Assembly (NCBI GenBank): GCA_965649825.1
Contig: OZ287695.1
Coordinates: 620,001-684,000, forward strand
Direction of reading: 5' to 3'
Origin: Penicillus capitatus
Taxonomy: Eukaryota > Plantae > Chlorophyta
Length of the DNA: 64,000 bases
The notes beneath the pieces are model-generated. The model worked only from the letters and a program-made list of their open reading frames with translations, was not told the origin of the DNA and did not search any database. This document shows, piece after piece, positions 39,601 to 51,959 of this stretch (the stretch's first letter is position 1; each line of letters opens with the position of its first letter). A program made the translations under genes and the position numbers.

Positions 39601-39909
39601 TATGTAATTGCGACCACTATTTTTTGTCGGAGGCGATGGCTGTGTAAAACTTGAACTTCAGCATGAGAGGTAAGAGAAATGATGACAGCGCTCTCCTGCA
39701 CCGGAACAGCATAACGTTGTGCGCGTTCACCTCCTCATCGAGTGCCAGACTTTCTTTTATAAAAACCGGAGATCTGTGGACAGTTTGTTGCCTATTGCAC
39801 CTTTTTTTCGATGTACCGTGACCATTCTCGTGTATACTTGTGTGAAAAAGAACATGGTGTATTCTCTTCGTGGAAGTTTTTTATGTATATTAACACACGA
39901 CTCCAAAAC

Positions 39910-41150
39910 CTACAGCTGATTGGATACACTCCAAAAAGCGTCGCATAACTATGCACAGTCTTTAACGACGAATTTACAAAAAAGTTATCTCAAACCGCGT
40001 AACTTCGAACACCTGTACACGAGTGGAAAAGAAAATGTGGCAGTGTCTGTCGCCAAGATTTCTCTGGCGATGGGACTGCCTTGTTTGTAAGGGGTGCAAG
40101 TGCTTCTTGGGACGCTGTTTGTCGCGTCAAATGGGTTCACTGACCTCTGAGGGTTCATTTTCTATGGTTTTGGTGAATAGCTGACTCATCTGCCTAGGAA
40201 CGTCTTATCACCACGCGCGTACATAATGAATAATCCGGACCACTCCGGTCCTTGCTCTGTAAACATCAAGAAGTCTTCCGCTGTTTGTATCTTCTTCGTT
40301 CGGCCGACCGGCGACAGTGGTGCACTTTGTTTTGGGCCACTTGGGGTCTTGTCAGTTCGGGTTTCGGGCCGGAAAGAGGCCTTTTTCTACGGTTCTGAAG
40401 CGGTGCTGAGTCACCTGCCTAGGGATGTCACGTCACCATGTGAGTACTTAATGGCGAAACTGAACTATTCGAGACCTTGCTCTGAAAACTGTAAGTCTTC
40501 CGCTGTGAGTTCGTTCAAACGCGGCGCCTCCGCGCGACAGTGTCGACTCCTATAGCAGGAGATAGGGTTTCGTTATTGTCCTCCGTCGAACGTCGATGGA
40601 CGAGGAATCCGAAAAGGTGTTCCCAAAAGCAAAGATTCGCGGATACGTATCTGGTCGTCGAGGTCGTCGCCGTCTTGAGTCGAGAATCGGAAGAAGTCGT
40701 CGAAGACGTCGGCGAAGTCGTCTCGACTTTGAGGTCGCCAACCTTGACGGGACCTCTGCGGAGCTACGGACGCGTATACGGCGGGAGTATATTGCGATTA
40801 GCGCCTTCTCGACTGTGGGGATCGACCCGAGGCGGATGGTGCAGTTGGACCAGTTCGAGAAGTACGACCGCGGGGGGTTCGATTCCTGCGCCGGATACAG
40901 AGGAGGGACGTCCCATCAGAGTTGACCCGGTTGTGTCTGGAGAGCCCGCGCCGAGTTGGATGGGTTCCGGCGGGGAAAGGACAACGTCGCGCTGAGTTCG
41001 GGAGCCGACGGTAGGGTCACCACCCGGACAAAAACTCTTCATTCTTCGTCTAACCGTCGACCTCGCCTCGACCTTTCCGGCGCCTGCGCACTGCCCACTA
41101 TCGTCGCTGCTGCACTTTTGAGAAACAGAGGGGTGTTTAGCGACTTTCTA
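39910..41150 (+). repeat. Inverted copy of the 19190-19900 repeat, interrupted by a solo LTR
   Basis: High nucleotide similarity to the reverse complement of 19.2-19.9 kb on both sides of 40048-40539. Confidence 0.8.
40048..40539. mobile_element. Solo LTR (492 bp)
   Basis: TGTCGC...GCGACA termini; 5-bp TSD GTGTC (40043-40047, 40540-40544); empty site in the paralogue near 19740. Confidence 0.85.
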
Positions 41151-41289
41151 AGCGCCCACATCTCAAGGAGAAATACGTCGTCCCGGATGCACAAAAGCTA
41201 GCTTAATCGGTAGGTAGATATTGTTGTTTTCCGGCCAAGACAGAAGTTCCAGAGCGGTTTCGCATTCTTGGCCTATTGCAGGAATGTGG

Positions 41290-42130
41290 GCAGTATTTTA
41301 GCAATCTAGCTAGATATTCGAATTTCGTTCTCTGGCATCGTACATGCAGAAGATCAGCAACTGACTGTTTACAGAGGCCAAACGCCAGAATCCTAGATGT
41401 GCTGAAGGAGTACCTTCAAGGAAGCCCATCGACCAGGGTACGTGTCCTTTCAATCACAGTCGTCTCTTCGTCGCGGGAACCGCTTTTAAAACAAATGCAC
41501 ATAGTCAAATGTAATGTCGTGGACCTGAAGTTGGAAGGAGAAGACAAGAGGAAGAAGGACAAGTCACATCATGACAAGAAGCATGATGACATCATAACGT
41601 CATGCTCAGAATAGTATAAAAGTGGGAATCCAAACAAAAACCCGTATTCTGTAAAAACCAGCTCGAACGTTTGTGTTTACTCTCATTCGCCACGAATAAC
41701 TCGCTTACGCCTATAACAGTAATGTCGAGATACATTCCTTCGCAAAGGTGTTTGGGGATAAAATGCAGCTTAGAATACTCATTAAGTCCAACCGAATGGA
41801 AATTCAGACTTCACAGTGAAAGAAACAGTGAGGACATTTCTGAACTCCGGATACGTGCCACTCACTCATTCCCACAAGAAGGACGAGTAATGCAACTTCG
41901 ATAAGAAATGTTACTCTGATTAACAGAAAGAGCGAGAGTGTTGATACGTTCATCAATAAACAGACGATGTGTAAATGCAACAGATGTTTCGATGTTGGTC
42001 CTAAGGGTTTCTCAGGTGATGCACGGCCTTTGTTAACAATCGACATACGACAACAACCAACGGTCGCAATGACCTCTCTCTTCTTGAATACAGGAAATTA
42101 ATCGTGACGGTTTCTTGTTCACCTGATTTG
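41290..42130 (+). pseudogene. Third copy of the degenerate convergent block
   Basis: NARILDVLKEYLQGSPSTRVRVLSIT; RKSESVDTFINKQTMCKCNRCFDVGPK; homologous to 8380-9060. Confidence 0.45.
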
Positions 42131-42251
42131 AGTGTTTGAAAAGTACGCGTCACAGGACAACGGGCGCAGTAACAATAGACTCGATAAATGGTCAGACAGT
42201 TGTCCTAGTCGAATGTTTAATAGCGGAAGGCTTCGTCGAACATCCGTCCCG

Positions 42252-45023
42252 TCATGGACGCAGAAGTCTTTCGAGGGTAGTTCGTGTCGATTTAGAACAC
42301 TCTGAAGTAATGCCAAGACAGATAACGTCGAAAGGCGTTTCTCCATCATCGTTGATTATTATCTTAGAGGCACCGGTATCCAGCAGAATCTGCAACAAGA
42401 CATCAAAATTCGAGATGGTACCTCCTCTGACTTGCCTTTGCTGTCGTTGGATGACCATACTCTGCTGCACTATGAAGTGCAGTATCTCCACTCTTAGTAG
42501 CAGCATTGACTTCAACCCCTTTTTCAAGCAACAACTGTAATAGGCAAGGTGAAACAGAAGACAGAAGACAATGGGAAGAGTGCACCTCTACGACTTCAGA
42601 CTTCCCAGTAATCGCGGCAAGGTGAAGTGGCATCCATCCAGCCTCGCTACCGACATCAACCTCTGCTCCGTGCTCAAAGAGGATCTGTCGAATGACCGTT
42701 TCTGCGATGCGGCGACGAAGTGAATTGCAAAAAATGCACCTTCACAATCTCGGGGTCTCCGAAGGCCGCTGCCAGATGCAGAGGCGTAAATCCCAACTTG
42801 TTAGCCTTGTTGACCTCTGCTCCAAGACCAAGAAAGATCTGACAGTCAACAGATTTCTCCAATGAGGTAAGGAACTGAATGCGGAGATGACCTTGACCAC
42901 CTTAACATTCCCAGACACCATGACAGCGTGAAATGGCGTCCATCCTCCCGTGTCGACGACATCGATCTTCGCTCCATGTTCAAGAAGGATCTGCAAGTCA
43001 GACAGATTCTTTCAATGAAGCTGCAAAGTGAATATCCAAACAAATGACCTTGACCACCTTAACGTCTCCGAGTGACGATGCCATAAACAGAGGAGTCCGT
43101 CCATCGTCATTGATCTTGTGGACTTTTGCTGCGTGTTTAATGAGCACCTATCTGAGCATTTGCCAAGAAGCCAGGGAATACACCATAACTCGCCTGCACA
43201 GTTCTCAAGTATCTGTTCTGCCCAGCCAAGTGCAGGGATGTGTTTCCATAGACATTGGTGGCATCCACTTTAGCGTCATGATTCAGAAGAATCTACAAAC
43301 AAACGTATGAGCAGACAGAAGCCTGCGATCACATCGTAAGTTCACGTTGGCCACCTTCGCGTGTCCGTTCTTCGCTGCCACATGCAAAGGAGTCATGTCG
43401 CCGTTAGCGAGCTTGTCAACGACGGCGCCATGCTCCAGCAGAACCTTCGAAATGCAAGCACAGGGACTTAATGGACAGAGACGATGTGTCTCGACCACAC
43501 GACCTCAGTGCATTGTGGCGCATTGTAAAACGACGTCCAGTGCAGCAAAGTGAAACGCTTCCATGTCGAATCATTTGTTGTTGGTGCTTCGACGAAGGTA
43601 CTGTAGAAAGCATCTGGATCCAGACCTTCCTGCAGAGCAGCTTCCAGCTTTAAGGCATTGTCATCTTTTATGGTGCGATACGCTTCCTGCAGAACCGTCT
43701 GTGCATTCACAGTTATCTCACTACCAATGCAACCTTGATCAGTTTGTTCTGCGAAAGCTCTTTGAGCCGTTTGCGTTCCTTTTGACTCAACTGCTTTTCC
43801 GACAGTTCTTTTCCCGTTTCCTTTTCTGTCGGGCGTTCTGTCTGTGGAGTTCGTGTGCCCTCTCCTTCCTCTGGCGAAGATGGCTCGACATGGTTTTGTA
43901 GATGTCTCTCCTGTGCCAAACGATCAGACACAAGAAGATGCAGAGAACAGTTCACTTCTGGCACTTCGCCGATTTTGTATTGAATCCAGTCCCAAAATGC
44001 ACCGATACTGGTGTAGATGGTCGGCGATGTATCGGTGCAATCTTCGGGCCCTGTGGACGTTACGCCGACAACCAAATCGAATTCTGGATTCCCAGCTGCT
44101 ATGCTGCTTCCAGGTCGGTCGGGAATCAACAGTGGACCGCCAGAATCACCTTCAACAGAGAAAGCCTGGCAGAGAGTAATGCTGTCAAGTGTTTAACCTT
44201 CGCAGGTGTTCTCGTTTGAGAATCCAGCGCAAATCGAGTGCTTCTTGACGGCACCTCCAAGGAATTCTTTACAGTCGTGATTCTTCACATACACCAAGTT
44301 GGTTGCCATTTGTAAAGTATTCGAATGCCTTCCAGTCTCGTTTAGTCCCCACCCCAGTGCGGTAAACAATTTGCCTGTGCGGTATTCACCTCCTTGAATG
44401 TCTATCGACGGCAGCGTGAGATGCGTTTCTTTGTTCAATCTGACGACGGCGATGTCGTATCCATCTTCAACGTCGCCGGTCCAAGAATCCGGCCAGTGAC
44501 TTACCTCCCCGCTGAACACCTAGAAACCTCTATGTAGACAAGAAAGCGAATGGTCGCGAACAGGTGGTTACATTCTCGGGGTCGTTTGTGTCGAACTTGT
44601 GAATACCGCATCGGATGAGCGGATTCCTACCGAGGCTGTCGAGAGATGGGTCAACGCAGTGTGCTGCAGTGACCACCCATTGTGGTCGAATGAGGAAGCC
44701 GCCGCAACGATGGAGCCTATCTTCCCGTCTGGACAAACTGCAAACGTAAGGGAACCGTCCCTCAGGCGCCTCTTCGCCCTGCAGGAAAAAGGGCGATGAA
44801 ACATGAATTCATACGCAATGCATAAACTCACGATGATGTAGGGCTTGAGTCGCGGCTTAGAGGCTAATGCTGCTAAACCGTGAAAAAAACATGTACGCGT
44901 CGGAAATGCCAGCATAGAAACAGTACCTCCTTTTTCTCGACACGCTGCGATGTGTAATTGCACGAGAAACAGCAGAAAGAAGTGACAAACGAAACAGCAA
45001 CGCGCAACGTTGGAAAGATTCAT
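42252..45023 (-). CDS. Signal peptide + S1A protease + ankyrin repeats, type 2, copy E (8 ANK exons + terminal exon)
   Basis: MNLSNVARCCFVCHFFLLFLVQLHIAAC; TAAHC, GYDIAVV, ENTCEG|DSGGP; ends ..CSKSTRTTLERLLRP*. Confidence 0.85.
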
Positions 45024-45899
45024 ACTCGAGAATGTGTCCTTCTGCAGCTGTGGCGGGCGCTCAAATAACGATGGTAACTGAGCCATTAAAGCATTTGCTA
45101 CTGTTACACGTTGCGAGGACATAAACCGTTGGCGCTCTACAGTGTTGATGCTGACTTCCCATGTATTGAGCTGGTATGCATGATCGGCTCAAGTGCTTTC
45201 CTCAATGCATGCACACACACTTCTCCACGTTGCCACTAGACCAAATCCGGTTGCTGCATCGACATGCTCTAGTAGATGACGGATACGCAGTCCGCAATCG
45301 GGACTGCTTCACACCAAGGAGCATAACTACAAGACATGCAAGATAGCGTATTCGTTGTCTTCTACTAAGCGTTCAAGCAGTGTAGCTCATTGAACCTTCC
45401 CAAGGCGGTGCTCAAGCCGAAGTACGTGTTGCTCTACAAGATCATGACCAGCGATGCAGCAGACGTCTGTCGATATCGAACTCCAAGGCTGGACTGAAGT
45501 ATGTCGGGATGGATGTCGATACGACAAAACCCGTGGCTCATGTGCACCGGAAACGCTCTCCTCTGGCAACTCGATGTGGCTGACATCCATCCCAATAACC
45601 GCCACTGAAGAATGGGACTGCTGCAGGTGACGCTGGAGCAGTGTAGGAGATCCCGTCGTCAACGCCCATCTCTCCGTTCTTTACGATACGCTGTTCGAAC
45701 AGAATCCTTGTCGACTGATCGAACCCTTTCTCGGCTTCGAGATCAGTCACATAGCGAAGCTCTAGGCTCGATTGCTCCGTCGTCGTAAGAAACTGTCGCA
45801 AGTGACGGTTCTGTTATTTGGAGGATCAGTTGCAAGAAGAATGGAGTCTTGAATGTAGAGTATTCTGGACAAGATGATCATAGGGACGTCGTCACTCGT

Positions 45900-46560
45900 G
45901 ACACACGCTTGGAACTGTTGAGATTGCCGCTGCTCTATAGCAATCGAGCCAGAGTTTCGAATTTCTGTCTCCAGCATCTCAAATGCAGAAGATCAGCTAC
46001 TGATTGTTTGACAGAGGTCAAATGTCAGACTCCCGGATTTACTGACGGAGTGCCTTCAAGGAAGCCCATCGACCAGGGTACGTGTCCTTTCAATCACAGT
46101 CGTCTCTTCGTTGTGGGAGCCGCTTTAAAAACGAATGCACAGTCAAAAGCAATGACGGGATACATTCTTTCGCAAAGATGTCTGGAGATTAGGATGCAGT
46201 TTTAAATGATCATCAAATCCAACATAAAGGAAGTTCGGAATTCACAGGGAAAGAAACAATAAGACATTCCTGAACTCTGGATACATGCCACTCAGTCATT
46301 CCCATAACAAAAGTAAATAACGTGACCTTGAAACGAAGTTTTATTCATTGACAGAAAGAGTGAGAATGTTGTTATTCATCAGAAAACAGACGATGCTGAA
46401 ATGCTACAGATGTTTCAGTTTCAGTCCTAAGATTGTCTCAGACAATGCACAGTGTTTAATGACAATCAACGTTCAATAAAAGTCGCAGCGGGGCTAATTG
46501 ACCGCTTTCCTCTTGCATAGGAATTAATCGCTTGTGTTCCTCGCTCACCTGATTGATTTG
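45900..46560 (+). pseudogene. Fourth copy of the degenerate convergent block
   Basis: RLELLRLPLLYSNRARVSNFCLQHL; homologous to 8380-9060. Confidence 0.45.
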
Positions 46561-46678
46561 AATGTTTGACAATATTCGCCACAGAACATGAAGGCAATGT
46601 ATCAGTAAGGTCAGCAGAAGGGTAAAGAGTTCTCCTAATAGAATGATCGCTTAATAGTCGAGTTTCGTGGGACGGCCC

Positions 46679-49446
46679 TCATGGACGCAGGAGATTCTCG
46701 AGGGAGAGTCGTTCCGAATCAGAAGGGCAGGTGATAAATGAATAACAGATTCTGTCAAAAGGCGTACTTCCATGATCAGTGGTTGCTGTCTTTGAAGCAC
46801 CGGCATCCAGCAGAATCTGTAATACATCATTAAACGTTGAGATGATGCCGTTGACTTGCCTTTGCTATCTCTAGGTTACCAAAGAAGGCTGCAATGTGAA
46901 GCGGAGTGGCTCCGATCACATCAGCATCATTGACGTCAGCTCCTTCTTCAATCAACAACTGTAACAGGTAAGGTCGAAACAAGACAGAAGAAAATGGGAG
47001 AAATGCACTTTTACAATCTCAGACCTCCTATACATCACGGCAATGTGAAGTGGCACAAAACCATCCTTGTCGACGAGATCGACTCTCGTTCCGTGCTCGA
47101 GAAGGATCTGGCAAACGATTGTTTCTGCCGATGATGTGACGAAGTGAATGGGCGACTGACCTCGACGATCTCAGTGTCTCCCAAGCTCGCTGCCTCATGC
47201 AGAGGTGTAAAGCCATCCTTGTTGCCGATATCGCCCTTTGCTCCATGCTCGAGGAGGATCTGATAGTCGACAGTTTCTTCAAGCTAGGTAACGAAGCGAA
47301 TGCGCACACGACCTTGACCAAGTTGGCGTCTTCGTGCGTGACGGCAAGGTGAAGTGGCGTCGATCCATTCTTGTCTCCGATATCGACCTTTGCTCCGTGC
47401 TCGAGGAGGATCTGATAGTCAACAGTTTCTTCAAGTTAGGTAACGAAGCGAATGCGCAAACAACCTTGACTCCCTTAACGTCTCCGAGTACCGTTGTAAT
47501 AAATAGAGGAGTCCATCCATCGTCATTGGCCCTGTTGACCTTCGCTCTGTGATTTATGAGTACCTACCAAGGCGCCCTCCGAGAAGCCAGGGAATACACC
47601 ATAACTCGCCTGCACAGTTCTCGAGTATCTGTTCTGAGCTGCCAAGTGTAAGGATGTGTTTCCATAGACATCGGCGGCGTTCACATTAGCGTCATGATTC
47701 AGAAGAGTCTGCAAACAAACGTTTAAGTAGTTGCCCGATATCACACTGTGATTTCACTTTAGCCACCTTCACGTGTCCGTTCTCCGCCGCCACATGCAAA
47801 GGAGTCATGTCGTCGTTAGCGAGCTTGTCAACGACAGCGCCATCCTCTATAAGAACCTTCAAGTGCAAACACAGGGATTTAATAAACGGAGAGAAAGAGA
47901 TGTCTCGACCACACGACCTCAGTACATCGTGGCGCATTGTAAAACGCTGACCAGTGCAGCAAAGTAAAAAGTTTCCATGTCGAATGACCTGTTGTTACTG
48001 TGCGAACGAAGGAACGGTAGACAGAATCTGGATCCAGTCCCTCCAGCAGAGCAGCTTCCAACTTCAAGGCATTATCATCTTCTATGAAGCGGTATGCTTC
48101 CTACAGAACCGTCTGTCCGCTCACAGCGATCTTCTGCATTGTCAATGCAACCTCGATCAGCTGTTTCTGCGAAAGTTTTGTCGGCCTCTTGCGCTCCTTT
48201 TCAATCTTCCGCTTCTCTGCCTGTTGCTTTCTCGTTTTCTTGTCTGTCCGGCTTTCTGTCTGTGAAAGTTGTGCACCCTGTTCTCCATGCACTGAAGGAG
48301 ACTCGATTGAGTGCTGTCGATCTTCCTCCTGTTCTGGACAGATCAGGTGCGAGGAAACAAATGCAGAACGCCGTTCACCTCAGGATCTTCGCCAATCGTT
48401 TCTCGAATCCAGTCCCAGAATGCGCCGATACTCGTGTAGACGGACGGCGATGAATCATCGCAGTCTTCGGACCCCATCGATGTCACGCCGACAAGCAGGT
48501 CATATTCTGGATTCCCAGCAGCTATGTTGCCTCCAAATCTGTTGGGAATCAATAGTGGACCGCCAGAATCACCTTTAACAGAGGGAGCTTGGCAGAGAGT
48601 AATGCTGTCGTGTGTTTAACCTTTGCATGTGTTATCACGCATGAGTCCGGCACAAATCGAGTGCTTCTTGATCGCAACTTCCAAAAGCTCTTCGCATTCG
48701 CCATGTTTTACGTATAACAGGTTTTCCGCCATCTGTAGAGAATTCGGAAGCCTTCCAGTCTCGTTTAGTCCCCAACCCAGTGCGGTAAACAATTTGCCTC
48801 CGGGGAATTTCCCACCCTGAGTGTCTATCGAAGGCAGTGTGACATTTGCTTCTTTGTTTAATCTGACGACGGCGATATCGTATCCGTCGTTCACGTCGGC
48901 CGTCCAGGACTCAGGCCAAAAACTCTCCTCTCCACTGAACACCTAAAAACTTTCTGTTAGACTAGCAAGTGAATGGCTGTAGCCAGATTGCTTTGGCAGG
49001 GTCGTTTGTATCGAGGTCGTGAATGCCACAGCGAATTAGCGGATTTCTGCCGAGACTGTTCGGAAAGTCCGGGTCAACACAGTGTGCTGCTGTGACGATC
49101 CACTGCTGTCGAATAAGCGTTCCACCGCAGCGGTGAAATCCATCCTCTCGCGCCGAGAGACTGCAAACGTAGGGGAACCGTCCCTCGGGTGCCTCTTTAC
49201 CCTGCGACAAAATGTGTGGTAGAACCTGAAGTCCTGCGTAATGCGCAAGCCTCACGATGAGGTAGGGAGCAAGTCGCGGCTTATAGGCCAATGCGCCTAA
49301 CCGTTAGACACGTACACGCGTCGGAAATGCCAACACGGAGCGGCAGTACCTCCTTTCTTTCGACACGCTGCTATGTGGAAATGCAGGAAAAGCAGCAGAG
49401 AAAAGTGATATCCAAGACGGCGACGGCAAACGGTGAAAGACTTCAT
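46679..49446 (-). CDS. Signal peptide + S1A protease + ankyrin repeats, type 2, copy F (8 ANK exons + terminal exon)
   Basis: [28 protein letters not shown]; TAAHC, GYDIAVV, DNTCKG|DSGGP; ends ..TPFDRICYSFITCPSDSERLSLENLLRP*. Confidence 0.85.
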
Positions 49447-51189
49447 ACTCACGCTCAAGGTAAAAACATGTTCTGCAGGAGTGGCGGACGTTTAAGTAGC
49501 GCAAGTGATTGAGCCATTAAAGCACTTCCCTCTATCCGTCCAATGACTGGCGGTCGTTGAAAGAGACGAGACCGTTCGTGCCTTTTCGCTATCGTCGAGG
49601 ATTGCCAAGCGCTGAGCTAGTAGGAGGATTGAACGCCTCCGGCACTGCATTTTTATACTTACCCACGCTTCTTCACTGTGCCGTTGGACCAAATCCGACT
49701 GACCCATCGACATGCTTTGGCGAATAATGGATGTGAAATCGAATGTGAAGTCACCATCTGCGAAGCAACTGAAAACACGTTATCACAGGATGCACCGAGG
49801 CATGCCTGCATGTGTCAACGACGCGTGCATTCTTGTCGAGTTTAATCAATCTCACAGCATATCGGTCACAGTTATGGGTTGGCTGTGATTGGAGCTGAAC
49901 AAAGGTTGTAAACAATGCCGTCAATACACCGTGGGAACTAGAAACTACTATCAACAACAGAAAGTGCGGAACTGTCGATCAGATATGGCCATTGACAGTT
50001 CTTCCTTTGTCAGCTGCGCTCCATCAGGTAGCATTTCAAGAAAGCAAATGTTCAGACAAATGAATTTGATGACTAGGGAAGGCAAAAGAATGAGGATTGG
50101 AGAGTCGATTACAGAGGGGCAACAGAGTAAGAGAAGATGGAAAAGAGCAGTACGGTTCAAGATCTCCCATTTTTTCAGCATGTGCTCAGTAACACTAGAG
50201 GATGTGAGTGAATCGGATGTTATTTAAAGGATTGACTGGCTTCATTCATCTACAATCAGTCTGTCATAATACTCTGCCGTTTTGGTCGAGACCAGTCATC
50301 TATCTAAAGTTCCTTTCATTAAGTTGAGATAAATCCTTCCGATGCCAGTCCAGTCACGTCGCTGTTCGTCATGAACGAAGACAGGGAAGCGTGGATGGTA
50401 GCCGCAGCAGCCACCATAGTCGCTGACTCGCTCTTCTCTGGATGCCGATTCGACCTTGGAAGTTCATTCGTCGTCGTCTTGGGCGGAAGTCCCTTCATCG
50501 GAGAAAACGGAAATCAGACGGATCTTGCGAGTCGGCCGACTTCCCATCAAAAGTGAGAAATTCGAAAAGGCCCTCCAAGCGACCGAAGATTCCTTTGGAA
50601 ATACCCAGCACGCACCGAACTGCTGGTGCTCGGAGAGAGTCTGAAACACTCGGTGAGTCTGACAGAGGTTCGTGTCTCACGAGGTTACCTGTATGAAAGT
50701 ATCATGATGTCTCAGGCCATAACTTGCTCTGTGAAAGCGGCGTATGATGTCGGAAATACGGAAGACCTGATGCATCTGTGTGTCATGGACCGCCAACAAG
50801 AGAATCTCCAATCATGTCTCGAGCTCGCGAAGAGCGTGTGATTTGAAGCCGGAGAACAGGGTTCGGTCCCCTCCCTGACCTTCTTGTGTGAGAACTTACG
50901 GTGTGAGCAATGCTCAGGAATTCAAGACGACATTAGCAGTGGTGCTCACCGATCTTGGAACGAACCTGAAGAACGAAGGCATTCTTCGTCACTAATTATG
51001 ACGCTGTGCCGCAAACAAACACTGTAGGAAAACAAGACTAAACGATGCAGCGATACAAGGAAGCACAGAGGGCTCATTTCACGTTCCCCCACTCTGTACA
51101 ATCTGAGAGTTTCCAGCACAGAATCCCAGCAAGCGATGAACGCTTTCATTGTACTGATGGAGAATTTTACCATTGTCATGTGGAATAGA

Positions 51190-51560
51190 CGAGGAAGTTC
51201 AAGATTGACTCTTGCTGACGTTCTTGATGACTCGATTTTCGGAAAACTCTCTCCCAGTGGCTCTTCTGTGTTCCCATTCTTCCCCCTGAGAGCAACTCCA
51301 ACCAATAAACCAAGACGGTTATTACCATACGGTAGTCCAATTTGAAGCCGAGTTGCCAGACTTAGCGAGTAGATTCGTTTACAGCTTAGCAGACAAACAC
51401 TTGCGGAGCATCTTTACGTATTCTAGACACATTCATAATCAGGGAGAGCGACCCATTTTGCTTCGTCATCGCAACGAATAGTACATTTGGACGTTTTGTC
51501 GCGAACGGAAGCCCGATTTCTTTAAGAAGGCAATGGAAGGTCTCACAGAGGATCGTTTCG
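51190..51560 (+). pseudogene. BTB gene copy 3, heavily decayed exon 2
   Basis: CGAGGAAGTTCAAG..GATGACTCGATTTTCGGAAAACTCTCTC..CATCGC..TTCTTTAAGAAG match exon 2 of copies 1 and 2. Confidence 0.6.
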
Positions 51561-51959
51561 GTGTTCCTATTCTTCACTGGTTGATCTGTCCTTCGAACTC
51601 TCTCCATTACTGTGCCGTTTAGCTCAGCATCGTTCGGAGACGAAGAAAGCGTCACACTATTGCTCCGGTCGCGTTCGACGGCGGTTTGAGCGATCAAACA
51701 TTCACCGATGGATTTCGAGGTCCCGAAAAAGTAATGTAAGCGCTTTTTCAAGAAATGCATGTTGCTAACGGGACCGACAGACCCTTTCAGAGTTTTCTGT
51801 ATTGTACTTTCTTGATGAAATGGTTGTTCAGACGTTCGGTGAGCGTAAGGCGCCGACGATCAGAGTTAAAAGAGTTACACCGTGGCGACTGTTTGTCAAC
51901 GCATAACAACATACAGCATCAGGATTCTTTGCTGCGGAAGGCCGAAGCAAAGCAAAGGT

